Position numbers and translations under genes: made by a program. Positions 1 through 42,377 of a stretch of DNA of 64,000 nt are shown piece by piece. This DNA is from Microbotryum violaceum (Eukaryota), in contig CDLV01000004.1 of assembly GCA_001244265.2 (NCBI GenBank), positions 1,116,001-1,180,000 on the forward strand. The letters are read 5' to 3'. How positions within the stretch are numbered: the stretch's first letter is position 1; each line of letters begins with the position of its first letter. Below the pieces are notes generated by a model. The model was not told where the DNA came from. It saw nothing but the letters and a program-made list of their open reading frames with translations, and did not search any database.

Positions 1-134
1 GCTTCCCTCTCACCACTTCTGTTCAACAATCGACCTCTCCTGACAGTAGTGGTGATTGTCTCATAGGTATGCTGAAATAGACCACTTCTGTTCAACAATC
101 GACCTCTCCTGACAGTAGTGGTGATTGTCTCATA
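1..134 (+). mobile_element. 3' end of a copia family A LTR carrying one 69-bp duplicated unit
   Basis: Matches the LTR ends at 5836-5967 and 18836-19037; ends ...GATTGTCTCATA. Confidence 0.9.
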
Positions 135-308
135 CTGCGCGCGTCTAAGTCGCCCCCAAGGGGCGGCCTAGCGGCGCGCGCCCGAGTCCGCTGGCGCCTG
201 CTTGCTGAGGTTGTTGCGCGCGCCTAAGTCCCCACCGCAAGGGGGCGGGCTAGCGGGTGCGCGCAACGACCGAGGCACCTCTGTCGAGCTGAGAGTGGAC
301 TCTTCACA
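135..308 (-). mobile_element. Partial copia A LTR (U3 half), inverted, interrupted by the LTR at 1-134
   Basis: Reverse complement starts TGTGAAGAGTCCACTCTCAGC, as in the LTR at 39270. Confidence 0.85.
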
Positions 309-329
309 CAATCGTTCCATCGTCGAAGG

Positions 330-671
330 TGTGAACCACACAACTGCTCAAGCGGTGGTGAGTCTCTGATCGACGGACCAGGGAGACCAGACCAATGAAG
401 TTGCTTGAGCAGGAGAGTGAGAAGCGCGGAACCAGTTGGCTGGGGCAAGTGCGCAACCAGGTCCGTGCCCCAGTACCAAGCGCACGGACCCAGCCAAGAG
501 GCAAGGGGAGCCAGGCAGAGAGTGACTAGGTCCGTGCACTTGATGCAAGTGCACAGACCAAGCTCAGTGATGATAGAGCAGGGTGAAGGACAGGCCAAAA
601 ATCACAGAGAGGACAAGACAGAAAGAGGGAGATGATGTGAGAAGGAAGTACAGAGAGTTGTAACTCTCACA
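330..671 (-). mobile_element. Solo LTR related to copia family C (C') with 5-bp TSD GAAGG
   Basis: TG..CA termini; GAAGG at 325-329 and 672-676; shares the TTGGTCTGGTCTCCC..GATCAGAGAC..CACCGCTTGAGCAG block with the LTR at 24558; interrupts copia A integrase. Confidence 0.9.
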
Positions 672-1437
672 GAAGGTATCCTTGCCCTTCTGGCGGACGC
701 CCATCTACCCAAGACATTCTGGGAGGAGGCTGCGGCTTACTTCGTTTACTGCAAGAACCTGGTTCAACACTCGGCTCTCGACAAGGCAACACCAAACTCG
801 GTCTGGCAGGGCGGACGCACCACAGCCTCCGCGCTTCACCCGTTTTGGCAGGCAACGTCCTCTTCAGAAGACGTTGACTACACGCGGAGGAGGGGATCAG
901 GCCGAAGGAAGGTCGACTGGGCGGCGGCAGGCGACCGAGGGACAACCGAGGAGGGGACGCGGTTGCGAGGCTCGCAGCAAGTCAAGTATATCGGACTTTA
1001 TTGCCAACGAGATCGAAAACGAAGGATGAAGGTGAAGGGATCTTGGGAGATGTAGCGGACCAGGCTGAGTGGGAAGGTCCAAAAACAAAAGGGAGGCACT
1101 CAGGCCCAGAGGGGACTTAGCCAATTCAGCTACTCCAAGAGGTCGCCTCAGGGGGAAAAAGGGTTGCTCGCGGAGCACCAGTAAAAACCCTGAGGCCGCG
1201 CCTCAGCTAACAAAAAGACGAAAAACCGAGAGAAGATTGCGCTCTGCGCGCTTCGAACCTGCGACCATCAAGTGCGCGCCCGCGCGCCGAACGACTACGC
1301 CATCGCGCCCACAATGCTTGAACGGAGGGAAGCATTTGGTGACCTCAACTCTACCTTCACATTACCTCAGGGACTTCCTTCGAGTGTTGCTGTCAGTGTA
1401 CCGCTGTTTGCCTGACATTGTCCCCCCAGAAGGAAGT

Positions 1438-4400
1438 CTACCGGGAGGACAGGCGGCGATTCGAGCGATCGAGTTGCGCAAGGTAGGTGTCGAGTAGGGA
1501 TGGATGGTCGAAGCGGAGGGACTGCTCTGACATCCAAGTGTCATCGATGTCCTTACGGCCAATCCATCGCACCAAGAACGAGCGAATGCCCCGAGCGTTC
1601 CGACGATCGCGAACAATCCGTTCCGGGATGGCAGAGTTGTCGGCCGCGTCGGCTACATCTTCAACAAAAAGAACTGCGGGGTCACGCCCAGGGAACCTCT
1701 CAGCATCGTTCTCAACATAGGGGCGAAGCAGTCGAGCATGGAAGCGACTGTGCACTCGCGACATTGCTGGGGAAGCTCGAGGTCGTAACTGGACGTCGCT
1801 GGAATGGCCGCTCGGATACGGAAAGGACCAATGTAGCGCGGCAACAACTTTGACTTCATCCCTTCAGGAACTGCCAGGTTCTTGGTCGAAAGATAGACAT
1901 AACTGCCGGTCCGAAAGGCGGGGTCATCCGGGCGTCGATGCTTGTTGGCCTGGTGAGTCTGATCGAGGCGTGCACCAATGATCGCATCCGTGACGTCAAG
2001 ATTCCGCAATTGTCGGATCCGGGCAAACGCTTCCGCACGCGGGACATCCGAGACAGACCAGGAATCGGTGGGCCAGCGTCGAGGAAGGTAACCGTAAGTC
2101 GCCTCGAAAGCCGACAGAGACGTGGAAACAGCAACGGAAGAGTTAAGAGCGAACTCAGCTTCAACAAGACGAGATGCCCAAGCCTCGTGGTTTGACGACA
2201 CCATGATGCGCAGGGTTTGGGTGACCATCTTGATTCGGTTCTCACTCGATCCGTCGGTCTCTGGGTGCGCCGCTGTTGACATCCGCAAGACAGTGCCGAC
2301 CTTTGCCTGCAATGCTCGCCAAAACTGCGAGGTGAACTTGGATCACGGTCGGAAACGATGGCGGAAGGCGTCCCATGCAGTCGAAAGATGGTGGCGTAGT
2401 ACCTGTCGGCAACGAGCTCGGAGTCGGCGTCGGCTGGGAGGGGAATCAGGTGGACCATCTTGCCCCAAGTGTCAGTGACCACCATGATTTGAGCGACCAT
2501 CATCCCTTCGAACTCGACCGGAGGCAGTCCCGTCATGAAGTCGATGGCCACTTGTTCCCATGGGCCAGAAGGGATCGGCATCGGATGCAGTCGGCCATAA
2601 GGGACTTGAGTGGACGCTTTGCCTCGGGCACAATCTTCGCATGAATGGCAGAACTTGGCGCAATCGGCAGACATGGACGACCACCAATACAAAGGACGTA
2701 TGGCGGCCAGGGTGATGCGATGTCCCGCGTGCCCGACACTCCGATGGATCTCCGAAAGCACGAGTTCGCGCAGCGATGGGACCTTGTCGGAGTCGACGAC
2801 ACCGGTAGCGAGACCGCGAGGCACAAACAGGGAAAGAGACTCATCTGGATGTACACGCAAGATCCTCCCTTCCTCGGTCACCCGAAACATCGGCCATGAC
2901 AGCGGGTCGTCAACAATGACTTGGGCTTGCGAATCGTGGGCGTAGGCTCGGATGACGGCGTCGAGGAAAGGTTGCGGCCGCGGTCGGGCGGTCGATGGAC
3001 TACAGGGGCGTCGTTGACCTCATCGGCGGCGGCTCCCAGTAAGTCGAGTTCATCGGCGTCGGCATCGACTGGAATGGGCGCGTCGTTGGCGGGGGCCGCG
3101 GCGATAGCCTGAACTCGATTGACGGCGATGGAGGAGAAAGGGGGCCGGTAGAAGAGTCGACGGTGTCCATAATGTTCTCGGCCAGACGATGGGAACCGGG
3201 AGAGCCAGGTGTAGTGAACTCGTGGCATTCTTCCTTCAAGAACAAATTCCCTAAATCCCGTCCATTCACGTCCTCGTCTTGCGATTCGTCCTTGAGCGCG
3301 TAGTATCCGGGAGAGCCTGCCTCGCAATCGTCGCGTTGGGGCCCGAAGGCAAAATCAACAGGAGGCAACCGATCGGGAGATGGTGAGGTGTAAGGACGTT
3401 CCTCAGGGAGGCTCTCACCGTGTGTAGTGAATCCGTGGCGTTCTCCATCAAAGAACATATCCTCCAACTCATTCTCCTTGACCTGATCCTCGGCGATCCT
3501 TCTTTGACTTCCCACAAGCGTGACAACGAATCGGCAAGGGAGTTGTTCTTGCCCGCAATGAATTCGAATTCGAAGTCGAAACGGCTGAGTTCGAGACACA
3601 TGCGGATGTGCCTGGGTGTTTGGCGTAACTTCTGCGTTTTAATCGTGCGAAGGGCTTGGTGGTCGGTGACGATGACGAAGGGGTAACCGATCAAGTGCTG
3701 CTCGAACGCCCGACACGCCGAAACGACGGCTAGGAACTCCTTATCAGTGACGTGATAATTGAGCTGAGCGCCATTGAACTTAGCGGAGAAGAATCGCGTA
3801 GGAACGGCCTGCGAACGAGTGGGGCCCGAAGCCAGGCAAGCGCCAATGCCAACACGACTGGCATCGGTGAACAAGTAAATCTTGTGCTCGCCGGAGGTGA
3901 CCTTAGCGCCGTCGATCGGTCGCAGTGTTGCTGGCACGAGGGACTTGACGGTGTCGAAGGCCTGCTGCTCGTGCTCGTTCCAACGCCACGACGTCGATTG
4001 CGCCAATAATGCGGTGATGGGCTCCAAGGTGATCGAGAGGTGGGGCAGGTGATCTCGCATCCAATTCACGGTGCCGAGGAAACGCTGAACGTCGGTCTTG
4101 TTGTGTGGAGTCGGCCACTGTCGGATACGCTCCCACTTGGCGGGGTCGACCTCGATGCCGTCGTCGGAGATGATCGCGCCCAAGGAATCTAACGACTTTG
4201 AGAACCACTCGGATTTGTTGGATCCTAAGTAGAACCGGTAGTGCCGCAGTGTCATCAGCAAAATCTCGATGTGTCTCAAGTGCGCGCGACGCGTATCGGA
4301 ATGGACGTGAACGTCGTCGAAAAAGATCTTCGCAAACGAGAGGCACGGCTGGAACATTGCTGACGTCAACAGGTTTAGGGTGTTGGGGCATTGGTGTCAC

Positions 4401-5514
4401 CGAACTGCATCACCCGCGACGTGTACGTGCCCGTGACCGTGGCGAAACCGGTGCGATCGACGTGCTCGGGTATGACCCGCACCTGCTCAAACGCTGCGGC
4501 CACGTCGAATTTGGACCGGTAGCGTGAACGAGCCACTTCGTAGCGAACACTGGTCATGTCGGGGATGGGTGAAAAACGCTTGGCGGTGTTGCTGTTGCGA
4601 GCGCGGAGGTCGATCACAAAACGCGCGGTCTGGGAGTTCTTTTTCGGAATGGCGAAGACCGGAGCCGCAGAGTCGATCGGACCAGAAACCAGAAGCGACC
4701 GCGAGTGTACTTAGCTGAATGCTCCGCCACTGGCTACGATATTTGTCGGCAAGGGGATAGACCCTCGGCTTGACCTTCTCGTTGGGGTCGATCAAAGGGA
4801 TTTCGTGATTGACGGGTCGATAAGGCGGGAGTCGGTCCATTGGGAGCGAATCTACGAACACATCAGAGTATTTCTCGAGTAAGGCAGCCAATCGTGTTCG
4901 TGCTTCGGACTCAGACAAATCCTCGAGCGCCGGGTCGTCTACGACATCCAGCAGAGGGTTGTGCGGCTCGAGGCCAATGATCTCGTCGTCAGGAAGCAAC
5001 CCTGGGTGATCGTAGCCAATGGCAGAACCGGAACAGATGGGCGCCACCGTGACTGCGCGATCCCACTCGTGAGTGCCCTTGGCGACCGGCTGCGAAGGGC
5101 CGGCCGTGCGACGGTGAAGACGCCCCAGCCTACCAGCATGCCGGTGTCCTTCAGAAACGGCAAACCCAGGATAGCATCATATGCCGTCACACGGCAAATG
5201 AAAAACGCCCGCAAGCCGAGGTCGAGGGAACCGGACGTGAAGAGGGCGTTGGCAAACACGGCGCAGCGGTCAGATTTGTCGCGAGTGCCGAGGCGCAAGT
5301 GCAGCGGCGCGGTAAGGCGGGACGTCGTGAAACTCGGGTCTGTTCGCACGACATCCTGATCCACCAAGTCCACTTCCGAACCAGAGTCGACGAGGCAACG
5401 CAGCGTTCGCCCAGACGGCAACGTCCACGCAATAATATTGCGGGCGCGCACAATCGCGGGCTCGGCGGGTCGGGCGAAGTCGTCGACGTCGATCAGGGGC
5501 GTGTCGGACTCCAA
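1438..5514 (-). pseudogene. Gypsy pol (protease, RT, RNaseH, integrase, chromodomain), frameshifted as assembled
   Basis: CLVDSGS protease; FFDD RT motif; FTDAS..KEFLA..TDH RNaseH; HHCC, IDF, SDRD and HPETDGSSE integrase; RYIGPFRI GPF motif; ERIVRDRR..FLVRWIG..DDTWMSE chromodomain. Confidence 0.92.
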
Positions 5515-5588
5515 GAGAGAAACCCCAACGGCACCGGAACACGAACAGAGCTCACCGATGCAGTCCTCTCCGCTTTGCGCGACGAGAC

Positions 5589-5967
5589 TGTGACAAGTCC
5601 ACTCTCAGCTCGGCAGAGGCGCCTCGGTCGGTGCGCGCACCGCTAGCCCGCCCCCTGCGCTGGGGACTTAGACGCGCCGACTGACTCAGCGCGCCAGCGC
5701 CGGGTGGATCCTTGCGCGTGCCCACTAGGCCGCCCCTTGCGGTGGGGACTTAGGCGCGCGCGACTGCCTTAGCGCGCTAGCAATTTCACCGCGACTGGGC
5801 CTATCCCAGCGCGGGTCCACTTTCTATTTCTTAGCTTCCCTCTCACCACTTCTGTTCAACAATCGACCTCTCCTGACAGTAGTGGTGATTGTCTCATAGG
5901 TATGCTGAAATAGACCACTTCTGTTCAACAATCGACCTCTCCTGACAGTAGTGGTGATTGTCTCATA
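5589..5967 (+). mobile_element. Solo copia A LTR (one 69-bp unit) inserted in the gypsy
   Basis: TGTGACAAG..GTCTCATA; flanks CGAGAC / TGAGAC share GAGAC. Confidence 0.9.
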
Positions 5968-7673
5968 TGAGACCACCTCCGGCCCCAGTATCGCCGCATT
6001 CGCGACGCGGCATCAGCATAAGAGGGGACGTCTTCCACCGCGTCAAACGCAGAGTCGGTCGAGTCATCGGCAAGACGACGTAGATCTGCATCACTTGCCG
6101 GCGCGGTTGGCTGCGGATTACTTGATGAGACTTCGACGTCGACTGAAGAAGAAGCCCCTTCTTTCATTCGGCCAACGGGTCTGCGGAGGGCAAGAAGGGC
6201 GCGTCATGGAAGCGGAAACGGAACTCAAAGGTCGAGTCTGAACACGCTCGAGTGAAATGGGGACTCTCACCTCGGGATCCTCGTCACCACCTGCGACCGA
6301 GGACCAATCTTCGTCATCCAAGTCGGCCACAGCGACCGCTGAGAGTTGGACGGCGACCGGGATTGACGCTCCGCGGTGCAGTGCGGCGAGAAATGACCGC
6401 CTCGTCTGCAGTTGAAGCAAGCCATGCTGGGGGGTACCCGCTGGGCGCCGGGGAAAACCAGGTGGAGTGGTCCTTCCACAAGTGCGATTGCTGCCACTTA
6501 GTAGCGCGGTCGACCCATCGAGCTCGTCGGATCTGGAACCTCTCGTCGACGGTGGGCGTGTTGGTCGCAGGTGGGCTCACTCGGGGAGCTTTGACGATCG
6601 CGCATAGGTCGCGGTGCGGCTTGGTGGGGTCGGAACGAAGGCGGAGGAGAAATGTCGTCGGCGATAGCGGCCCACTCGGTAATCTCGTCGATGGACGGAA
6701 CCTTCAGTCCGAATCGCCCAATTGTGACCAGCGCGTTGTCGTGGTATTCACGTAACATTCCCGCCCGCACTTCCCGCTTGGAGGAGTCACTGAGCGATTG
6801 GTAGAAGGTCGTGGCGAGCTGAAGCGGCGACAGGGTGAAACTATCGTTGTCGTGCACGAAGGCACGGTACCGCGCCCGCCACTCCCGACATGGTCGTAAG
6901 CCCGAGACGACGACTGGCGACATCCGTGGAAGTCTTGAGCCACTCTATCGGCGAACCCGGGTCGGGCCAACGACGTCCCACTGCCTTCATGAGCGACGTC
7001 CAACAATGAGGGCGCCCTTCTCCAAGCGCGTCCCTCATCGCCTCGACGGCCCAATCGAGCGGGGATTGGCGGCGCTGTCGGGTTGTCGTACGAGAAAATA
7101 GCGTCGCCACAAGCTGGATCACTCGGCTCGTGTCGAAAAGGTCGGAGGTGGAGATGTCGCACAAGAGAGAAAGATACGACTCCCCAAACGCAGTGAAAAT
7201 CACCAACCTTTCCGGATGATCTCCGTCCATAACCCTTCCCGGTCCGGCAATGTCCCTCTCCAACGAGAGCTAATCACCGCCGAGGAAGGGCCGTCCCTAA
7301 TTCCGCTGTGAGATTCCCCCCAGGGGTACGAGCAAGGGGGTCAGCGGCAGCTCCCGGGCGTCCCAAAAATGTGTGCGGGGGGACGTCCAGGGGACGGTCT
7401 CACCGGCAGAGCCTCCCCGACCTGCGCCCCAGCAGGTGCGGTGGATTCTCTCATCAATCGTTCCACCATCTGCTCCAATTTGCGGATGCGTGTCTCCGAG
7501 TCGCGGCGCAGGGCTTCCGATTCTGCGAGGCGGGATTCAAGGGACGTGATGACGGCGGCGGCCTGGAGCGGGTGCGGCGAGTGCGTCGGCGGGGACTTAG
7601 GCGGATTCGCGCGCGAGGGGTCTTCGCGGACGGGGGCGGTGGTGTCTCGCGACGTGTCGGTGGGTTCGGCCAT
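5968..7673 (-). pseudogene. Gypsy gag, frameshifted and interrupted by a solo copia LTR
   Basis: Zinc knuckle CFNCRRGGHFSPHC; lies between the 5' LTR and protease. Confidence 0.8.
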
Positions 7674-8840
7674 GGCGAGTTCGCGGCTTAGCGGTTGGCG
7701 GTTGTGGGGAGAACGGATGCGAGCTCGAGAAGGATGGAAGAAGGGGTACGAAGGGATGACGCGTTCGTCGTCGGACTCAGTGAATGAGGTGGCGAATGAC
7801 CACGACGCGTCAGCGGGGATGAGTTCGGCAACGGGGAGGAAGCTGACGACTCAGGGGTAGTGGACGATTGCTCGTCCAGGATGCAGGATAGAGCAAGGGC
7901 AAGCGAGATCGAAGGTTGGCGGTGCCGACTTGAAAAAAGTGGCAGGCAACGTCCTCTTCAGAAGACGTTGACTACACGCGGAGGAGGGGATCAGGCGAAG
8001 GAAGGTCGACTGGGCGGCGGCAGGCGACCGAGGGACAACCGAGGAGGGGACGCGGTTGCGAGGCTCGCAGCAAGTCAAGTATATCGGACTTTATTGCCAA
8101 CGAGATCGAAAACGAAGGATGAAGGTGAAGGGATCTTGGGAGATGTAGCGGACCAGGCTGAGTGGAAGGTCCAAAAACAAAAGGGAGGCACTCAGGCCCA
8201 GAGGGGACTTAGCCAATTCAGCTACTCCAAGAGGTCGCCTCAGGGGGAAAAAGGGTTGCTCGCGGGAGCACCAGTAAAAACCCTGAGGCCGCGCCTCAGC
8301 TAACAAAAAGACGAAAAACCGAGAGAAGATTGCGCTCTGCGCGCTTCGAACCTGCGACCATCAAGTGCGCGCGCCGCGCCAACGACTACGCCATCGCGCC
8401 CACAATGCTTGAACGGAGGGAAGCATTTGGTGACCTCAACTCTACCTTCACATTACCTCAGGGACTTCCTTCGAGTGTTGCTGTCAGTGTACCGCTGTTT
8501 GCCTGACACGTTTGGCTGTGCGGCTTGGCTCACGGTCGTGCCCAAACTTCGCTCTAAACTCGACCGAAAGCGGTTCGCGTTCTGTTCACCGGCTACGACT
8601 TGGCTTCCAAAGCCTTCCGCTTCTACGACACTACAACAAAGAAGGTCACCCTGGGCAGAAATGCCACCTTCCTCGACACTGAATTCCCCGGTTTATGTGG
8701 CAACTCCGCCGAGCCAGACGATGACACGCACTTCGCCAGCGCTCCCTTCGCCGACCCTCAAACCACCGTCAAGTCATGGACCCCACTAGTAAGGTCGGCG
8801 CACATGGACGTCTCATCCCCTCTTGATGATTCTTCCATGA

Positions 8841-10358
<1,518 letters not shown>

Positions 10359-11044
10359 TGAACTAGTATATGCTCGCGGCGAGGCTCGGATCACAGGTGA
10401 GGTAGGCTACTCCGACGCGAACTGGGGGCATGCGTTGATACGTCGATCTCCACAATGGGTTATGTCTTCTACATCGCCGGATCCGCCGTGTCCTGGTCGT
10501 CCAAACGCCAATCTCGAGTGGCCGACTCTACCACCGACGCCGAATACCTCGCTCTCTCGCATGCTGGCAAGGAAGGGATCTACCTCAGTCAGCTACTCGA
10601 CGAGCTTCATGTCCAACCTGTTGCACCGGCTCACATATTTACTGACAACGAAGCCGCTGCAGCAGTCGCCCGCGACCCTGTCCGCGTCACCGGCACTCGG
10701 CACATACGCTTGCGCGAGCACTTCGTTCGGGACATGGTGAATCGGGGCGACATCTCACTCTCGCACGTCGGAACCAGCGACATGGTGGCCGACATTTTCA
10801 CTAAGGCTCTTGGACCCAAGGTATTTTCGACGCACTGCTACGCCCTTGGCCTTCGCACTCGACACCCACGGCTTAGGTCTGCCTCGCATTCGCGTGGGGG
10901 GGGTGTAAAGAGTCCACTCTCAGCTCGACAGAGGCGCCTCGGTCGTCGCGCGCACCCGCTAGCCCGCCCCCTTGCGGTGGGGACTTAGGCGCGCGCGACT
11001 GCCTCAGCGAGCAGGCGCCAGCGACTCGGGCGCGCGCGCCGCTA

Positions 11045-11886
<842 letters not shown>

Positions 11887-13796
11887 TATTCGATCAACTC
11901 TACTACGTCAGCGATGTAGTTATAGCCAAGAGTGATCAATATTACAACATACCTATTCGATCAACTCTACTACGTCAGCGATGTAGTTATAGCCAAGAGT
12001 GATGAATAGGAAGCTAACAGTATGGGAGCCGCGCGCCTCAAGTCCTCAGCCTGGGACCCTTGGGCTTAACCCTTGGGCCAGGCTCGTTCCCTGCGCTTAA
12101 GTCCCAGGCTCGCTCCGCGCGCCTAAGACCTGAGCCGGCGCGCCTAAGTCCCAGGCTCGCTCCGCGCGCCTAAGTCCTGCGCCCGCGCGCCTAAGTCCTG
12201 AGCCGGTGCGCCTGGCTCGTTCCGCGCGCCTAAGTCCTCTGCCGATGCGCCCGGCTCGCTGCGCGCGCCTAAGACCTGAGCCGGTGCGCCTGGCTCGTTC
12301 CGCGCGCCTAAGTCCTCTGCCGATGCGCCCGGCTCGATCCGCGCGCCTAAGTCCTGAGCCGAGCGAGAGTGGATTCTTCACACCCCCCCCCACGCGAACG
12401 CGAGGTAGACTTGAGCCGTGGGTGACGCGTCCGGAGACCTAGAGTATAGCAATGTGCACCGAAAATCTTGGGACCTAGCGCCTTGGTGAATATGTCTGCA
12501 ACCATGTTCGCTGTGCCGACGTGTGAGAGAGAGATCTCGCCTTGGTTGACCATGTCGCGGACAAAGTGCTCGCGGAGGCGTATGTGTCGAGTGCCCGAAG
12601 TGCGAACGGGGTCGTGAGCGACGGCGGCGGCGGCCTCGTTGTCGGTGAAAATGTGGGCTGCATCGACCGGGCGAACGTGGAGCTCGAGAGGAGTTGCGTA
12701 AGGTAAATCGCTTCCTTACCAGCATGCGACAAGGCGAGGTATTCGGCATCAGTGGTGGAATCTGCTACCCGAGTCTGACGCTTCGATGACCAAGAGACGG
12801 CGGAGCCGGCCAAGTAAAAGACGAAGCCCATTGTGGAGATGGACGTGTCGACGCAGGCACCCCAGTTCGCATCAGAATAGCCAACCACACCCGTAATTTT
12901 GGCGGGCCACAGGCGTAGAGTAGCTCATCGCGGTACGTAGCGCGAAGGTAGCGAAGGACGTGTTTGACGGCAATCCAATGGCGGCGGCTGGGGTTGTTGG
13001 CGAACCGGGACAGGTACGAGACGGCGAAGGCAATGTCGGGCCGAGTGCCAAGTGAAATGTATAGGAGGGAGCCGATGGCTTGCAGGTACCACGACCGAAT
13101 GCGTTCCGTTCCCTGACCCGGTACAGCCGTGAGCGAGAGGCCGGGCGTCATTGGCACCGTAGCGCCGCGCGTTGTGGTGTCGAAGTGGAAGCGGGCGAGC
13201 ACGTCCATGATGTAGCGCTCCTGGGATAGAGCAATGGAGCCGTCTTCCAGGCGTCGAATTTGGATGCCGAGGATGTATTCTGCGGGGCCGAGCCGTTTGA
13301 CGCCGTATCGTTGTTCGAGGCCGGAGATGACACGCTCGATCTCGTCGAGGGCGGGGCTGACAATGAGGAGATCGTCGACATACAATGCGATATAATGGGG
13401 CTGCTTCTGATCATCAATGCGAGAGTAAATGCAGTGATCAGTGCCCGTTGCCTTGTACCCAAGACTTCGAAGTGATGTGTCGATGTGGCGATTCCAGATG
13501 CGACCGGCCTGCTTAAGACCGTAGATCGAGCGTCGCAGCCGGAGAACCTTGTCACCCGGGAAGTCGAAGCCTCGTGGCGTCGTCATCCAGATATCGTGAT
13601 CGAGCTCGCCGTGAAGGTAAGCCTTGTCGATGTCGGCCTGATGAACGTGGTAGCCATTGGCAGCGGCAAGGGCGAGAAGGCAGCGAATGGAGGAGAAACG
13701 GGCGACGGGTGCGAACGTCTCCGAGAAGTCGATGCCGTCGCGCTGGCGATTTCCCTGTGCAACAAGGCGTGCCTTCCGCCCTGTGATATCACCCTG
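11887..13796 (-). mobile_element. 3' part of copia family B (RT-RNaseH plus LTR 11887-12382)
   Basis: RT/RNaseH ORFs 12765-13850 and 12475-12888; LTR TGTGAAGAATCC..GATCGAATA matches 40201-40488; cut by the A LTR at 13797. Confidence 0.92.
12090..12362. repeat. GC-rich minisatellite in the U3 of the B LTR (GCGCGCCTAAGTCCTG units)
   Basis: Repeated CCTAAG(T/A)CC..GGCTCG..CGCGCG units; far fewer units in the B LTRs at 21414 and 40201. Confidence 0.85.
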
Positions 13797-41120
<27,324 letters not shown>

Positions 41121-42377
41121 TCAGTGTTGCTACACGAAACCAATTGCTTAGATGAACCTACACGACCCGGCAAGCTTTCATTTCACAATGACGTTGAGCA
41201 GGAAGTGTTTCTCTGCTTGAGCATCGGCCTCGTCATAGGCCTGCTAAATGGCAAGCCTAGAATTGGAAGAGATGAGTGATCAGCTCAGAGAAGATTGGTA
41301 CAGGTCTCATGGCACTCAACTTACGGTGCAGCATCATTGTTAAGGCCAAGAGCAGCTAAAGAGCGAACAGCGTTTTCAACCAACTTCCGCTCTTTTGGGT
41401 CCAGCACGACAAGACCTTTCTCCAAGCCATGCTGTCCCTAGGAAAAGCACGAAAAATAATCCCAATCAATCCACGCCATCGAACAGACGAACAATTTGGC
41501 TGCTTCCCAACGAAATTGAGCAGCGTGTGCAAAGACGCGCTACACCCGAGGATCCTTGAGGGGGTATATTGCTCCTCTATGAGCAGTGACGACAGCACCT
41601 CCAGAGCCTTCACGATGAGATGCTGACTTTTGATGTCGACACCCACATAAATTTCCATCCACTTTTGGCTGCTGATAACGATCGAACGCATGCGCTTGGC
41701 GTAATCTATATGCCGCCAGATCCTTCGACACCAAAAGGCAGCCGGTGCCCAGCAATAGCAATTGACCGGTAACCTTGCTCACGCGCCGCAGTAATTGCTC
41801 CACAATCCTTGAACTTGTCCGTCCAAGCATCGAGCGGCCTAGGAAGAGTATCACACTCGAGAGGCTCGTCTGTCGACCATGAAAGCTGTATCTGGGTTAT
41901 CTGGGTGTCTGCAGTGGGCTGTCAAAGCGGAAGGCGAGAAGCTCGATATCCGGATTGTCTAGATACATTTCGTCGAAGCTGGCGAAGCGAAAACGTAGGA
42001 TAATGATGATGATGGCACAGACAACGCGACGCGGCGGGGGAGGCAAGAGACGGCGCACTCAGATGAGACGGCTCGTTCAACCAGCCAAGAGGCTTCTAAT
42101 TGCAGAATCGAACCATTAGAGCCCTTGTTGTGAATTCGGTACAGGCCAGTGTTTCGCGCGCGCTCCGCACGTTCTTGAGGGTCGGCAAACTCTGGCGCAC
42201 CAAGCCGAATGTGGCTGAAATGGGTCCAGATTTGTCCACTGGCACCTACGGGCCTAGGACCCCACCCGCACCGGCGCACCCTGATTTGTCCACCCCCGAC
42301 TACGCGCCTTCGCAATTTTGGCCCATCTGAGGTCTACAATTTGTCCAGTCGGGCACTACGCGCCTCAGGCCGGGCTT

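Larger units (their letters stand above)
846..8508 (-). mobile_element. Full-length Ty3/gypsy chromovirus (G1); LTRs 846-1417 and 7940-8508; TSD CGTTT
   Basis: Near-identical ~570-bp LTRs TGTCAGGCAA..TTGCCTGCCA; CGTTT at 841-845 and 8509-8513; PPT next to 1418; PR-RT-RH-IN order. Confidence 0.96.

Noticed and set aside
5583-5973. 6-bp TSD for family A
   Set aside because: CGAGAC/TGAGAC is equally explained by a 5-bp TSD plus one extra base; only one case
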